A DNA stretch of 64,000 nt from Eledone cirrhosa. Taxonomy: Eukaryota. The DNA lies in the NCBI GenBank assembly GCA_964016885.1, contig CAXHJY010000096.1:1798001-1862000 (forward strand). The letters run 5' to 3'. Under the pieces are notes generated by a model. It saw nothing but the letters and a program-made list of their open reading frames with translations, ran no database searches and had not been told where the DNA came from. The position numbers and the translations under genes are program-made. The number at the start of each line of letters is the position of its first letter. The stretch's first letter is position 1. Shown one piece after another: positions 53,501 through 64,000 of the stretch.

Positions 53501-56500
53501 TAAAAAAAAATCAGGGGGAGATAATTTGTAAAAAAAATCAAGGGGAGATAATTTCCAGCCGTCCAAGGAGAGATAATTTAAAAAAAAATCAGGCGGAGAT
53601 AATTTGTAAAAAAAAATCAGGGGGAGATAATTTGTAAAAAAAATCAGGGGGAGATAATTTGTAAAAAAAAATCAGGGGTAGATAATTTGTAAAAAAAATC
53701 AGGGGGAGATAATTTGTAAAAAAAAATCAGGGGGAGATAATTTGTAAAAAAAATCAAGGGGAGATAATTTCCAGCCGTCCAAGGAGAGATAATTTTAAAA
53801 AAAATCAGGCGGAGATAATTTGTAAAAAAAAATTAGGGGGAGATAATTTGTAAAAAAAAATCAGGGGGAGATAATTTGTAAAAAAAATCAAGGGGAGATA
53901 ATTTCCAGCCGTCCAAGGGGAGATAATTTTTAGCCGTCCAAGGGGAGATAATTTCCCGCCAGCCAAGGGAAGATAATATTCAAAAAAATCAGGCGGAGAT
54001 AATTTGTAAAAAAAATCAGGGGGAGATAATTTGTAAAAAAATCAGGGGGAGATAATTTGTAAAAAAAAAAATCAGGGGGAGATAATTTGTAAAAAAAATC
54101 AGGGGGAGATAATTTGTAAAAAAAAATCAGGGGTAGATAATTTGTAAAAAAAAATCAGGGGGAGATAATTTGTAAAAAAAAATCAGGGGGAGATAATTTG
54201 TAAAAAAAATGAAAGGGGAGATAATATCCAGCCGTCCAAGGGGAGATAATTTCCAGCCGTCCAAGGGGAGATAATTTCCAGCCGTCCAAGGGGAGATAAT
54301 TTCCATCCTTCCAAGGGGATATAATTTCCAGCCGTCCAAGGGGAGATAATTTCCATCCTTCCAAGGGGATATAATTTCCAGCCGTCCAAGGGGAGATAAT
54401 TTTCAGCCGTCCAAGGAGAGGTAATTTCTAGCCGTCCAAGGAGAGATAATTTCCAGCCGTCCAAGGGGAGATAATTTCCAGCCGTCCAAGGGGAGATAAT
54501 TTCCAGCCGTCCAAGGAGACATATTTTCCAGCCGTCCAAGGAGAGGTAATTCCTAGCCGTCCAAGGGGAGATAAATTCCAGCCTCCAAGGGGAGATAATT
54601 TCCAGCCAGCCAAGGGGAGATAATTTGTAAAAAAAATCAGGGGGAGATAATTTGTAAAAAAAATCAGGGGGAGATAATTTGTAAAAAAAAATCAGGGGGA
54701 GATAATTTGTAAAAAATAATCAGGGGGAGATAATTTGTAAAAAAAATCAAGGGGAGATAATTTCCAGCCGTCCAAGGGGAGATAATTTTCAGCCGTCCAA
54801 GGGGAGATAATTTCCCGCCAGCCAAGGGAAGATAATATTTAAAAAAATTAGGCGGAGATAATTTGTAAAAAAAATCAGGGGGAGATAATTTGTAAAAAAA
54901 TCAGGGGGAGATAATTTGTAAAAAAAATCAGGGGGAGATAATTTGTAAAAAAAATCAGGGGGAGATAATTTGTAAAAAAAAATCAGGGGGAGATAATTTG
55001 TAAAAAAAATCAAGGGGAGATAATTTCCAGCCGTCCAAGGGAAGATAATTTCCAGCCCTCCAAGGGGCTATAATTTCCAGCGTCCAATGGGAGATAATTT
55101 CCAGCCAGCGAAGGGGAGATAATTTTTTTTAAAAAATCATTGGGAGATTTGTAAAAAAAATCAGGGGGAGATAATTTGTAAAAAAAATCAAGGGGAGATA
55201 ATTTCCAGCCGTCCAAGGGGAGGTAATATCTAGCCGTCCAAGGGGAGATAATTTCCAGCCGTCCAAGGGGAGATAATTTCCAGCCGTCCAAGGGTAGATA
55301 ATATCCAGCCGTCCAAGGACATATTTTCCAGCCGTCCAAGGAGAGGTAATTTCTAGCCGTCCAAGGGGAGATAAATTCCAGCCTCCAAGGTGAGATAATT
55401 TCCAGCCAGCCAAGGGGAGATAATTTGTAAAAAAATCAGGGGGAGATAATTTGTAAAAAAAATCAGGGGGAGATAATTTGTAAAAAAAAATCAGGGGGAG
55501 ATAATTTGTAAAAAAAAATCAGGGGGAGATAATTTGTAAAAAAAAATCAGGGGGAGATAATTTGTAAAAAAATCAAGGGGAGATAATTTCCAGCCGTCCA
55601 AGGGGAGATAATTTTCAGCCGTCCAAGGGGAGATAATTTCCCGCCAGCCAAGGGAAGATAATATTTGAAAAAATCAGGCGGAGATAATTTGTAAAAAAAA
55701 TCAGGGGGAGATAATTTGTAAAAAAATCAGGGGGAGATAATTTGTAAAAAAAAAATCAGGGGGAGATAATTTGTAAAAAGAATCAGGGGGAGATAATTTG
55801 TAAAAAAAAATCAGGGGTAGATAAATTGTAAAAAAAAATCAGGGGGAGATAATTTGTAAAAAAAATCAGGGGGAGATAATTTGTAAAAAAAATGAAAGGG
55901 GAGATAATATCCAGCCGTCCAAGGGGAGATAATTTCCAGCCGTCCAAGGGGAGATAATTTCCAGCCGTCCAAGGGGAGATAATTTCCATCCTTCCAAGGG
56001 GATATAATTTCCAGCCGTCCAAGGGGAGATAATTTCCCGCCAGCCAAGGGAAGATAATTTTTAAAAAAATCAGGCGGAGATTGTAAAAAAAATCAGGGGG
56101 GAGATAATTTGTAAAAAAATCAGGGGGAGATAATTTGTAAAAAAAAATCAGGGGGAGATAATTTGTAAAAAATAATCAGGGGGAGATAATTTGTAAAAAA
56201 AAATCAAGGGGAGATAATTTCCAGCCGTCCAAGGGGAGATAATTTCCCGCCAGCCAAGGGAAGATAATATTTAAAAAAATTAGGCGGAGATAATTTGTAA
56301 AAAATAATCAGGGGGAGATAATTTGTAAAAAAAAATCAAGGGGAGATAATTTCCAGCCGTCCAAGGGGAGATAATTTTCAGCCGTCCAAGGAGAGGTAAT
56401 TTCTAGCCGTCCAAGGGGAGATAATTTCCAGCCGTCCAAGGGGAGGTAATTTCCAGCCGTCCAAGGGGAGATAATTTAAAAAAAAAAATCAGGCGGAGAT

Positions 56501-56530
56501 AATTTGTAAAAAAAATCAAGGGGAGATAAT
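47590..56530 (+). repeat. Near-identical block copy of ~17080..26020 (offset 30,510-30,513)
   Basis: Landmarks 17136/47646, 17908/48418, 18855/49365, 19900/50410, 21448/51959, 22380/52891 and 25270/55783. Private variants gaaagggaga (17291/47801), aggggtgata (17421/47931) and ggtagatgaa (17941/48451). Confidence 0.93.
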
Positions 56531-59500
56531 TTCCAGCCGTCCAAGGGGAGATAATTTCCAGCCGTCCAAGGGGAGATAATTTCCAGCCGTCCAAGGAGAC
56601 ATATTTTCCAGCCGTCCAAGGCGAGGTAATTTCTAGCCGTCCAAGGGGAGATAAATTCCAGCCTCCAAGGGGAGATAATTTCCAGCCAGCCAAGGGGAGA
56701 TAATTTGTAAAAAAATCAGGGGGAGATAATTTGTAAAAAATATCAGGGAGATAATTTGTAAAAAAAAATCAGGGGGAGATAATTTGTAAAAAAAATCAGG
56801 GGGAGATAATTTGTAAAAAAAAATCAGGGGGAGATAATTTGTAAAAAAAATCAAGGGGAGATAATTTCCAGCCGTCCAAGGGGAGATAATTTTCAGCCGT
56901 CCAAAGAGAGGTAATTTCTAACCGTCCGAGGAGAGATAATTTCCAGCCGTCCAAGGGGAGATAATTTCCAGCCGTCCAAGGGGAGATAATTTCCAGCCGT
57001 CCAAGGAGACATATTTTCCAGCCGTCCAAGGAGAGGTAATTTCTAGCCGTCCAAGGGGAGATAAATTCCAGCCTCCAAGGGGAGATAATTTCCAGCCAGC
57101 CAAATGGAGATAATTTGTAAAAAAATCAGGGGGAGATAATTTGCAAAAAAAATCAGGGGGAGATAATTTGTAAAAAATAATCAGGGGGAGATAATTTCCA
57201 GCCGTCCAAGGGGAGATAATTTAAAAAAAAATCAGGCGGAGATAATTTGTAAAAAAAAATCAGGGGGAGATAATTTGTAAAAAAAAATCAGGGGGAGATA
57301 ATTTGTAAAAAAAATCAAGGGGAGATAATTTCCAGCCGTCCAAGGGAAGATAATTTCCAGCCCTCCAAGGGGCTATAATTTCCAGTGTCCAAGGGGAGAT
57401 AATTTCCAGCCAGCGAAGGGGAGATAATTTTTTTTAAAAAATCATTGGGAGATTTGTAAAAAAAATCAGGGGGAGATAATTTGTAAAAAAAATCAAGGGG
57501 AGATAATTTCCAGCCGTCCAAGGGGAGGTAATATCTAGCCGTCCAAGGGGAGATAATTTCCAGCCGTCCAAGGGGAGATAATTTCCAGCCGTCCCAGGGT
57601 AGATAATATCCAGCCGCCCAAGGACATATTTTCCAGCCATCCAAGGAGAGGTAATTTCTAGCCGTCCAAGGGGAGATAAATTCCAGCCTCCAAGGGGAGA
57701 TAATTTCCAGCCAGCCAAGGGGAGATAATTTGTAAAAAAATCAGGGGGAGATAATTTGTAAAAAAAATCAAAGGGAGATAATTTGTAAAAAAAAATCAGG
57801 GGGAGATAATTTGTAAAAAAAAATCAGGGGGAGATAATTTGCAAAAAAAATCAGGGGGAGATAATTTGTAAAAAAAAATCAGGGGTAGATAATTTGTAAA
57901 AAAAAATCAGGGGGAGATAATTTGTAAAAAAAAATCAGGGGGAGATAATTTGTAAAAAAAATCAAGGGGAGATAATTTCCAGCCGTCCAAGGAGAGATAA
58001 TTTAAAAAAAAATCAGGCGGAGATAATTTGTAAAAAAAAATCAGGGGGAGATAATTTGTAAAAAAAATCAGGGGGAGATAATTTGTAAAAAAAAATCAGG
58101 GGTAGATAATTTGTAAAAAAAATCAGGGGGAGATAATTTGTAAAAAAAAATCAGGGGGAGATAATTTGTAAAAAAAATCAAGGGGAGATAATTTCCAGCC
58201 GTCCAAGGAGAGATAATTTTAAAAAAAATCAGGCGGAGATAATTTGTAAAAAAAAATTAGGGGGAGATAATTTGTAAAAAAAAATCAGGGGGAGATAATT
58301 TGTAAAAAAAATCAAGGGGAGATAATTTCCAGCCGTCCAAGGGGAGATAATTTTTAGCCGTCCAAGGGGAGATAATTTCCCGCCAGCCAAGGGAAGATAA
58401 TATTCAAAAAAATCAGGCGGAGATAATTTGTAAAAAAAATCAGGGGGAGATAATTTGTAAAAAAATCAGGGGGAGATAATTTGTAAAAAAAAAAATCAGG
58501 GGGAGATAATTTGTAAAAAAAATCAGGGGGAGATAATTTGTAAAAAAAAATCAGGGGTAGATAATTTGTAAAAAAAAATCAGGGGGAGATAATTTGTAAA
58601 AAAAAATCAGGGGGAGATAATTTGTAAAAAAAATGAAAGGGGAGATAATATCCAGCCGTCCAAGGGGAGATAATTTCCAGCCGTCCAAGGGGAGATAATT
58701 TCCAGCCGTCCAAGGGGAGATAATTTCCATCCTTCCAAGGGGATATAATTTCCAGCCGTCCAAGGGGAGATAATTTCCATCCTTCCAAGGGGATATAATT
58801 TCCAGCCGTCCAAGGGGAGATAATTTTCAGCCGTCCAAGGAGAGGTAATTTCTAGCCGTCCAAGGAGAGATAATTTCCAGCCGTCCAAGGGGAGATAATT
58901 TCCAGCCGTCCAAGGGGAGATAATTTCCAGCCGTCCAAGGAGACATATTTTCCAGCCGTCCAAGGAGAGGTAATTCCTAGCCGTCCAAGGGGAGATAAAT
59001 TCCAGCCTCCAAGGGGAGATAATTTCCAGCCAGCCAAGGGGAGATAATTTGTAAAAAAAATCAGGGGGAGATAATTTGTAAAAAAAATCAGGGGGAGATA
59101 ATTTGTAAAAAAAAATCAGGGGGAGATAATTTGTAAAAAATAATCAGGGGGAGATAATTTGTAAAAAAAATCAAGGGGAGATAATTTCCAGCCGTCCAAG
59201 GGGAGATAATTTTCAGCCGTCCAAGGGGAGATAATTTCCCGCCAGCCAAGGGAAGATAATATTTAAAAAAATTAGGCGGAGATAATTTGTAAAAAAAATC
59301 AGGGGGAGATAATTTGTAAAAAAATCAGGGGGAGATAATTTGTAAAAAAAATCAGGGGGAGATAATTTGTAAAAAAAATCAGGGGGAGATAATTTGTAAA
59401 AAAAAATCAGGGGGAGATAATTTGTAAAAAAAATCAAGGGGAGATAATTTCCAGCCGTCCAAGGGAAGATAATTTCCAGCCCTCCAAGGGGCTATAATTT

Positions 59501-60955
59501 CCAGCGTCCAATGGGAGATAATTTCCAGCCAGCGAAGGGGAGATAATTTTTTTTAAAAAATCATTGGGAGATTTGTAAAAAAAATCAGGGGGAGATAATT
59601 TGTAAAAAAAATCAAGGGGAGATAATTTCCAGCCGTCCAAGGGGAGGTAATATCTAGCCGTCCAAGGGGAGATAATTTCCAGCCGTCCAAGGGGAGATAA
59701 TTTCCAGCCGTCCAAGGGTAGATAATATCCAGCCGTCCAAGGACATATTTTCCAGCCGTCCAAGGAGAGGTAATTTCTAGCCGTCCAAGGGGAGATAAAT
59801 TCCAGCCTCCAAGGTGAGATAATTTCCAGCCAGCCAAGGGGAGATAATTTGTAAAAAAATCAGGGGGAGATAATTTGTAAAAAAAATCAGGGGGAGATAA
59901 TTTGTAAAAAAAAATCAGGGGGAGATAATTTGTAAAAAAAAATCAGGGGGAGATAATTTGTAAAAAAAAATCAGGGGGAGATAATTTGTAAAAAAATCAA
60001 GGGGAGATAATTTCCAGCCGTCCAAGGGGAGATAATTTTCAGCCGTCCAAGGGGAGATAATTTCCCGCCAGCCAAGGGAAGATAATATTTGAAAAAATCA
60101 GGCGGAGATAATTTGTAAAAAAAATCAGGGGGAGATAATTTGTAAAAAAATCAGGGGGAGATAATTTGTAAAAAAAAAATCAGGGGGAGATAATTTGTAA
60201 AAAGAATCAGGGGGAGATAATTTGTAAAAAAAAATCAGGGGTAGATAAATTGTAAAAAAAAATCAGGGGGAGATAATTTGTAAAAAAAATCAGGGGGAGA
60301 TAATTTGTAAAAAAAATGAAAGGGGAGATAATATCCAGCCGTCCAAGGGGAGATAATTTCCAGCCGTCCAAGGGGAGATAATTTCCAGCCGTCCAAGGGG
60401 AGATAATTTCCATCCTTCCAAGGGGATATAATTTCCAGCCGTCCAAGGGGAGATAATTTCCCGCCAGCCAAGGGAAGATAATTTTTAAAAAAATCAGGCG
60501 GAGATTGTAAAAAAAATCAGGGGGGAGATAATTTGTAAAAAAATCAGGGGGAGATAATTTGTAAAAAAAAATCAGGGGGAGATAATTTGTAAAAAATAAT
60601 CAGGGGGAGATAATTTGTAAAAAAAAATCAAGGGGAGATAATTTCCAGCCGTCCAAGGGGAGATAATTTCCCGCCAGCCAAGGGAAGATAATATTTAAAA
60701 AAATTAGGCGGAGATAATTTGTAAAAAATAATCAGGGGGAGATAATTTGTAAAAAAAAATCAAGGGGAGATAATTTCCAGCCGTCCAAGGGGAGATAATT
60801 TTCAGCCGTCCAAGGAGAGGTAATTTCTAGCCGTCCAAGGGGAGATAATTTCCAGCCGTCCAAGGGGAGGTAATTTCCAGCCGTCCAAGGGGAGATAATT
60901 TAAAAAAAAAAATCAGGCGGAGATAATTTGTAAAAAAAATCAAGGGGAGATAATT
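52107..60955 (+). repeat. Direct tandem duplication of a 4,424-bp segment
   Basis: Constant offset of 4424: 52209/56633, 52891/57315, 54127/58551, 55783/60207. Markers ccaaagagagg (52477/56901) and ccaaatggag (52676/57100). Confidence 0.93.
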
Positions 60956-63900
60956 TGCAGCCGTCCAAGGGGAGATAATTTTCAGTCGTCCAAGGAGAGG
61001 TAATTTCTAGCCGTCCAAGGGGAGATAATTGCCAGCCGTCCAAGGGGAGATAATTTCCAGCCGTCCAAGGGGAGATAATTTTTTTTAAAAAATCAGGCGG
61101 AGATAATTTGTAAAAAAAATCAGGGGGAGATAATTTGTAAACAAAATCAGGGGGAGATAATTTGTAAAAAAAAATCAGGGGGAGATAATTTGTAAAAAAA
61201 ATCATGGAGAGATAATTTCCAGCCGTCCAAGGTGAGATAATTTCCAGCCGTCCAAGGAGACATATTTTCCAGCCGTCCAAGGCGAGGTAATTTCTAGCCG
61301 TCCAAGGGGAGATAAATTCCAGCCTCCAAGGGGAGATAATTTCCAGCTAGCCAAGTGGAGATAATTTGTAAAAAAATCAGGGGGAGATAATTTGTAAAAA
61401 ATATCAGGGAGATAATTTGTAAAAAAAAATCAGGGGGAGATAATTTGTAAAAAAAATCAGGGGGAGATAATTTGTAAAAAAAAATCAGGGGGAGATAATT
61501 TGTAAAAAAAATCAAGGGGAGATAATTTCCAGCCGTCCAAGGGGAGATAATTTTCAGCCGTCCAAGGGGAGATAATTTCCCGCCAGCCAAGGGAAGATAA
61601 TATTTAAAAAAATCAGGCGGAGATAATTTGTAAAAAAAATCAGGGGGAGATAATTTGTAAAAAAATCAGGGGGAGATAATTTGTAAAAAAAAAATCAGGG
61701 GGAGATAATTTGTAAAAAAAATCAGGGGGAGATAATTTGTAAAAAAAAATCAGGGATAGATAATTTGTAAACAAAAATCAGGGGGAGATAATTTGTAAAA
61801 AAAAATCAGGGGGAGATAATTTGTAAAAAAAATGAAAGGGGAGATAATATCCAGCCGTCCAAGGGGAGATAATTTCCAGCCGTCCAAGGGGATATAATTT
61901 CCAGCCGTCCAAGGGGAGATAATTTCCATCCTTCCAAGGGGATATAATTTCCAGCCGTCCAAGGGGAGATAATTTCCCGCCAGCCAAGGGAAGATAATTT
62001 TTAAAAAAATCAGGCGGAGATTGTAAAAAAAATCAGGGGGGAGATAATTTGTAAAAAAATCAGGGGGAGATAATTTGTAAAAAATAATCAGGGGGAGATA
62101 ATTTGTAAAAAAATTCAAGGGGAGATAATTTCCAGCCGTCCAAGGGGAGATAATTTCCCGCCAGCCAAGGGAAGATAATATTTAAAAAAATTAGGCGGAG
62201 ATAATTTGTAAAAAAAATCAGGTGGAGATAATTTGTAAAAAAATCAGGGGGAGATAATTTGTAAAAAAAATCAGGGGGAGATAATTTGTAAAAAAAATCA
62301 TGGGGAGATAATTTGTAAAAAAAAATCAGGAGTAGATAATTTGTAAAAAAAAATCAGGGGGAGATAATTTGTAAAAAAAAATCAGGGGGAGATAATTTGT
62401 AAAAAAAATCAAGGGGAGATAATATCCAGCCGTCCAAGGAGAGATAATTTTAAAAAAAATGAGGCGGAGATAATTTGTAAAAAAAAAATCAGGGGGAGTT
62501 AATTTGTAAAAAAAAATGAGGGGGAGATAATTTGTAAAAAAAATCAAGGGGAGATAATTTCCAGCCGTCCAAGGGGAGATAATTTTCAGCCGTCCAAGGA
62601 GAGGTAATTTCTAGCCGTCCAAGGGGAGATAATTTCCAGCCGTCCAAGGGGAGGTAATTTCCAGCCGTCCAAGGGGAGATAATTTTAAAAAAAAAATCAG
62701 GCGGAGATAATTTGTAAAAAAAATCAAGGGGAGATAATTTGCAGCCGTCCAAGGGGAGATAATTTTCAGTCGTCCAAGGAGAGGTAATTTCTAGCCGTCC
62801 AAGGGGAGATAATTTCCAGCCGTCCAAGGGGAGATAATTTCCAGCCGTCCAAGGGGAGATAATTTTTTTTAAAAAATCAGGCGGAGATAATTTGTAAAAA
62901 AAATCAGGGGGAGATAATTTGTAAACAAAATCAGGGGGAGATAATTTGTAAAAAAAAATCAGGGGGAGATAATTTGTAAAAAAAATTAGGCGTAGATAAT
63001 TTGTAAAAAAAAATCAGGGGGAGATAATTTGTAAAAAAAAATCAGGGGGAGATAATTTGTTTAAAAAATCAAGGGGAGATAATTTGCAGCCGTCCAAGGG
63101 GAGATAATTTTCAGCCGTCCAAGGAGAGGTAATTTCTAGCCGTTCAAGGGGAGATAATTTCCAGCCGTCCAAGGGGAGATAATTTCCAGCCGTCCAAGGG
63201 GAGATAATTTTTTTTAAAAAATCAGGCGGAGATAATTTGTAAAAAAAAATCAGGGGGAGATAATTCGTAAAAAAAAATCAGGGGGAGATAATTTGTAAAA
63301 AAAAATCAGGGGGAGATAATTTGTAAAATAAATCAAGGGGAGATAATTTCCAGCCGTCCAAGGGGAGGTAATATCTAGCCGTCCAAGGGGAGATAATTTC
63401 CAGCCGTCCAAGGGGAGATAATTTCCAGCCGTCCAAGGGGAGATAATTTCCAGCCGTCCAAGGAGACATATTTTCCAGCCGTCCAAGGCGAGGTAATTTC
63501 TAGCCGTCCAAGGGGAGATTAATTCCAGCCTCCAAGGGGAGATAATTTCCAGCCAGCCAAGGGGAGATAATTTGTAAAAAAATCAGGGGGAGATAATTTG
63601 TAAAAAATATCAGGGAGATAATTTGTAAAAAAAAATCAGGGGGAGATAATTTGTAAAAAAAATCAGGGGGAGATAATTTGTAAAAAAAAATCAGGGGGAG
63701 ATAATTTGTAAAAAAAATCAAGGGGAGATAATTTCCAGCCGTCCAAGGGGAGATAATTTTCAGCCGTCCAAGGAGAGGTAATTTCTAATCCGTCCGAGGA
63801 GAGATAATTTCCAGCCGTCCAAGGGGAGATAATTTCCAGCCGTCCAAGGGGAGATAATTTCCAGCCGTCCAAGGAGACATATTTTCCAGCCGTCCAAGGA

Positions 63901-64000
63901 GAGGTAATTTCTAGCCGTCCAAGGGGAGATAAATTCCAGCCTCCAAGGGGAGATAATTTCCAGCCAGCCAAGGGGAGATAATTTGTAAAAAAATCAGGGG
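56530..64000 (+). repeat. Block copy of ~21595..29065 (offset ~34,937); its 57163-64000 portion also matches 1..~6840 (offset 57,162)
   Basis: Landmarks 22380/57315, 25963/60900 and 28725/63663; also 153/57315, 3738/60900 and 6501/63663. Confidence 0.9.

Larger units (their letters stand above)
1..64000 (+). repeat. Dimorphic 25/27-bp tandem satellite array with shared core GGGGAGATAATTT; runs off both window edges
   Basis: The core or a close variant recurs every 23-30 bp from position 1 to 64000. It is followed by either GT(A)nTCA(G/A) or CCAGCCGTCCAA. The G-run/A-run strand is always +. Confidence 0.99.

Noticed and set aside
153-63971. The many short minus-strand ORFs (61-200 aa) as protein-coding genes
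   Set aside because: They overlap in several frames, mostly start at TTG codons within the repeat, are broken by A-tract length changes and show no domain-like content. They are translations of the satellite.
1-64000. CRISPR array (constant repeat plus spacers)
   Set aside because: The core is only 13 bp, the 'spacers' are 12-17 bp and of just two recurring types rather than unique, and there is no leader or cas gene.
1-64000. Telomerase-synthesised telomeric tract (G-rich strand, 25-bp unit as in some budding yeasts)
   Set aside because: Multi-kb blocks with private variants are copied exactly, which indicates recombination or replication-based amplification rather than templated addition. 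I recognise no known telomere motif. A subtelomeric location is not excluded.
1-64000. Embedded transposon, inversion or unique island
   Set aside because: None was seen on reading through; every stretch parses into A or B monomers in one orientation. A very short insertion could have been missed by eye.
1-64000. Pure sequencing or assembly artefact (concatemer or low-complexity noise)
   Set aside because: Ordered, heritable variant strings and nested duplications with small differences are typical of real satellite evolution, although individual block joins still need read validation.

Overview
The whole 64 kb window is one uninterrupted, single-orientation tandem satellite array of roughly 2,400 monomers (64,000 / ~26 bp). 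I see no unique sequence, credible gene, RNA gene, transposon or inversion. Two monomer types share a 13-bp core, GGGGAGATAATTT. Type A is GGGGGAGATAATTTGT(A)7-11TCA (26-30 bp, mostly 27-28) and type B is GGGGAGATAATTTCCAGCCGTCCAA (25 bp). They alternate in short runs (about 1-16 units) with stereotyped junction variants, giving a binary minisatellite-variant-like code. That code is organised hierarchically: recurrent 0.3-0.6 kb modules, a variable 3.9-7.9 kb higher-order repeat (HOR), and recent near-identical block duplications at offsets of about 4.4, 22.2, 30.3, 30.5, 33.6, 34.9 and 57.2 kb. All supplied ORFs are minus-strand read-throughs of the repeat and are judged non-coding. A eukaryotic heterochromatic, centromeric or subtelomeric satellite is the most plausible setting, but that is inference; the organism cannot be identified from this window. 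Coordinates were read by eye and from the ORF track, so block boundaries are approximate (+/- 1-3 monomers).
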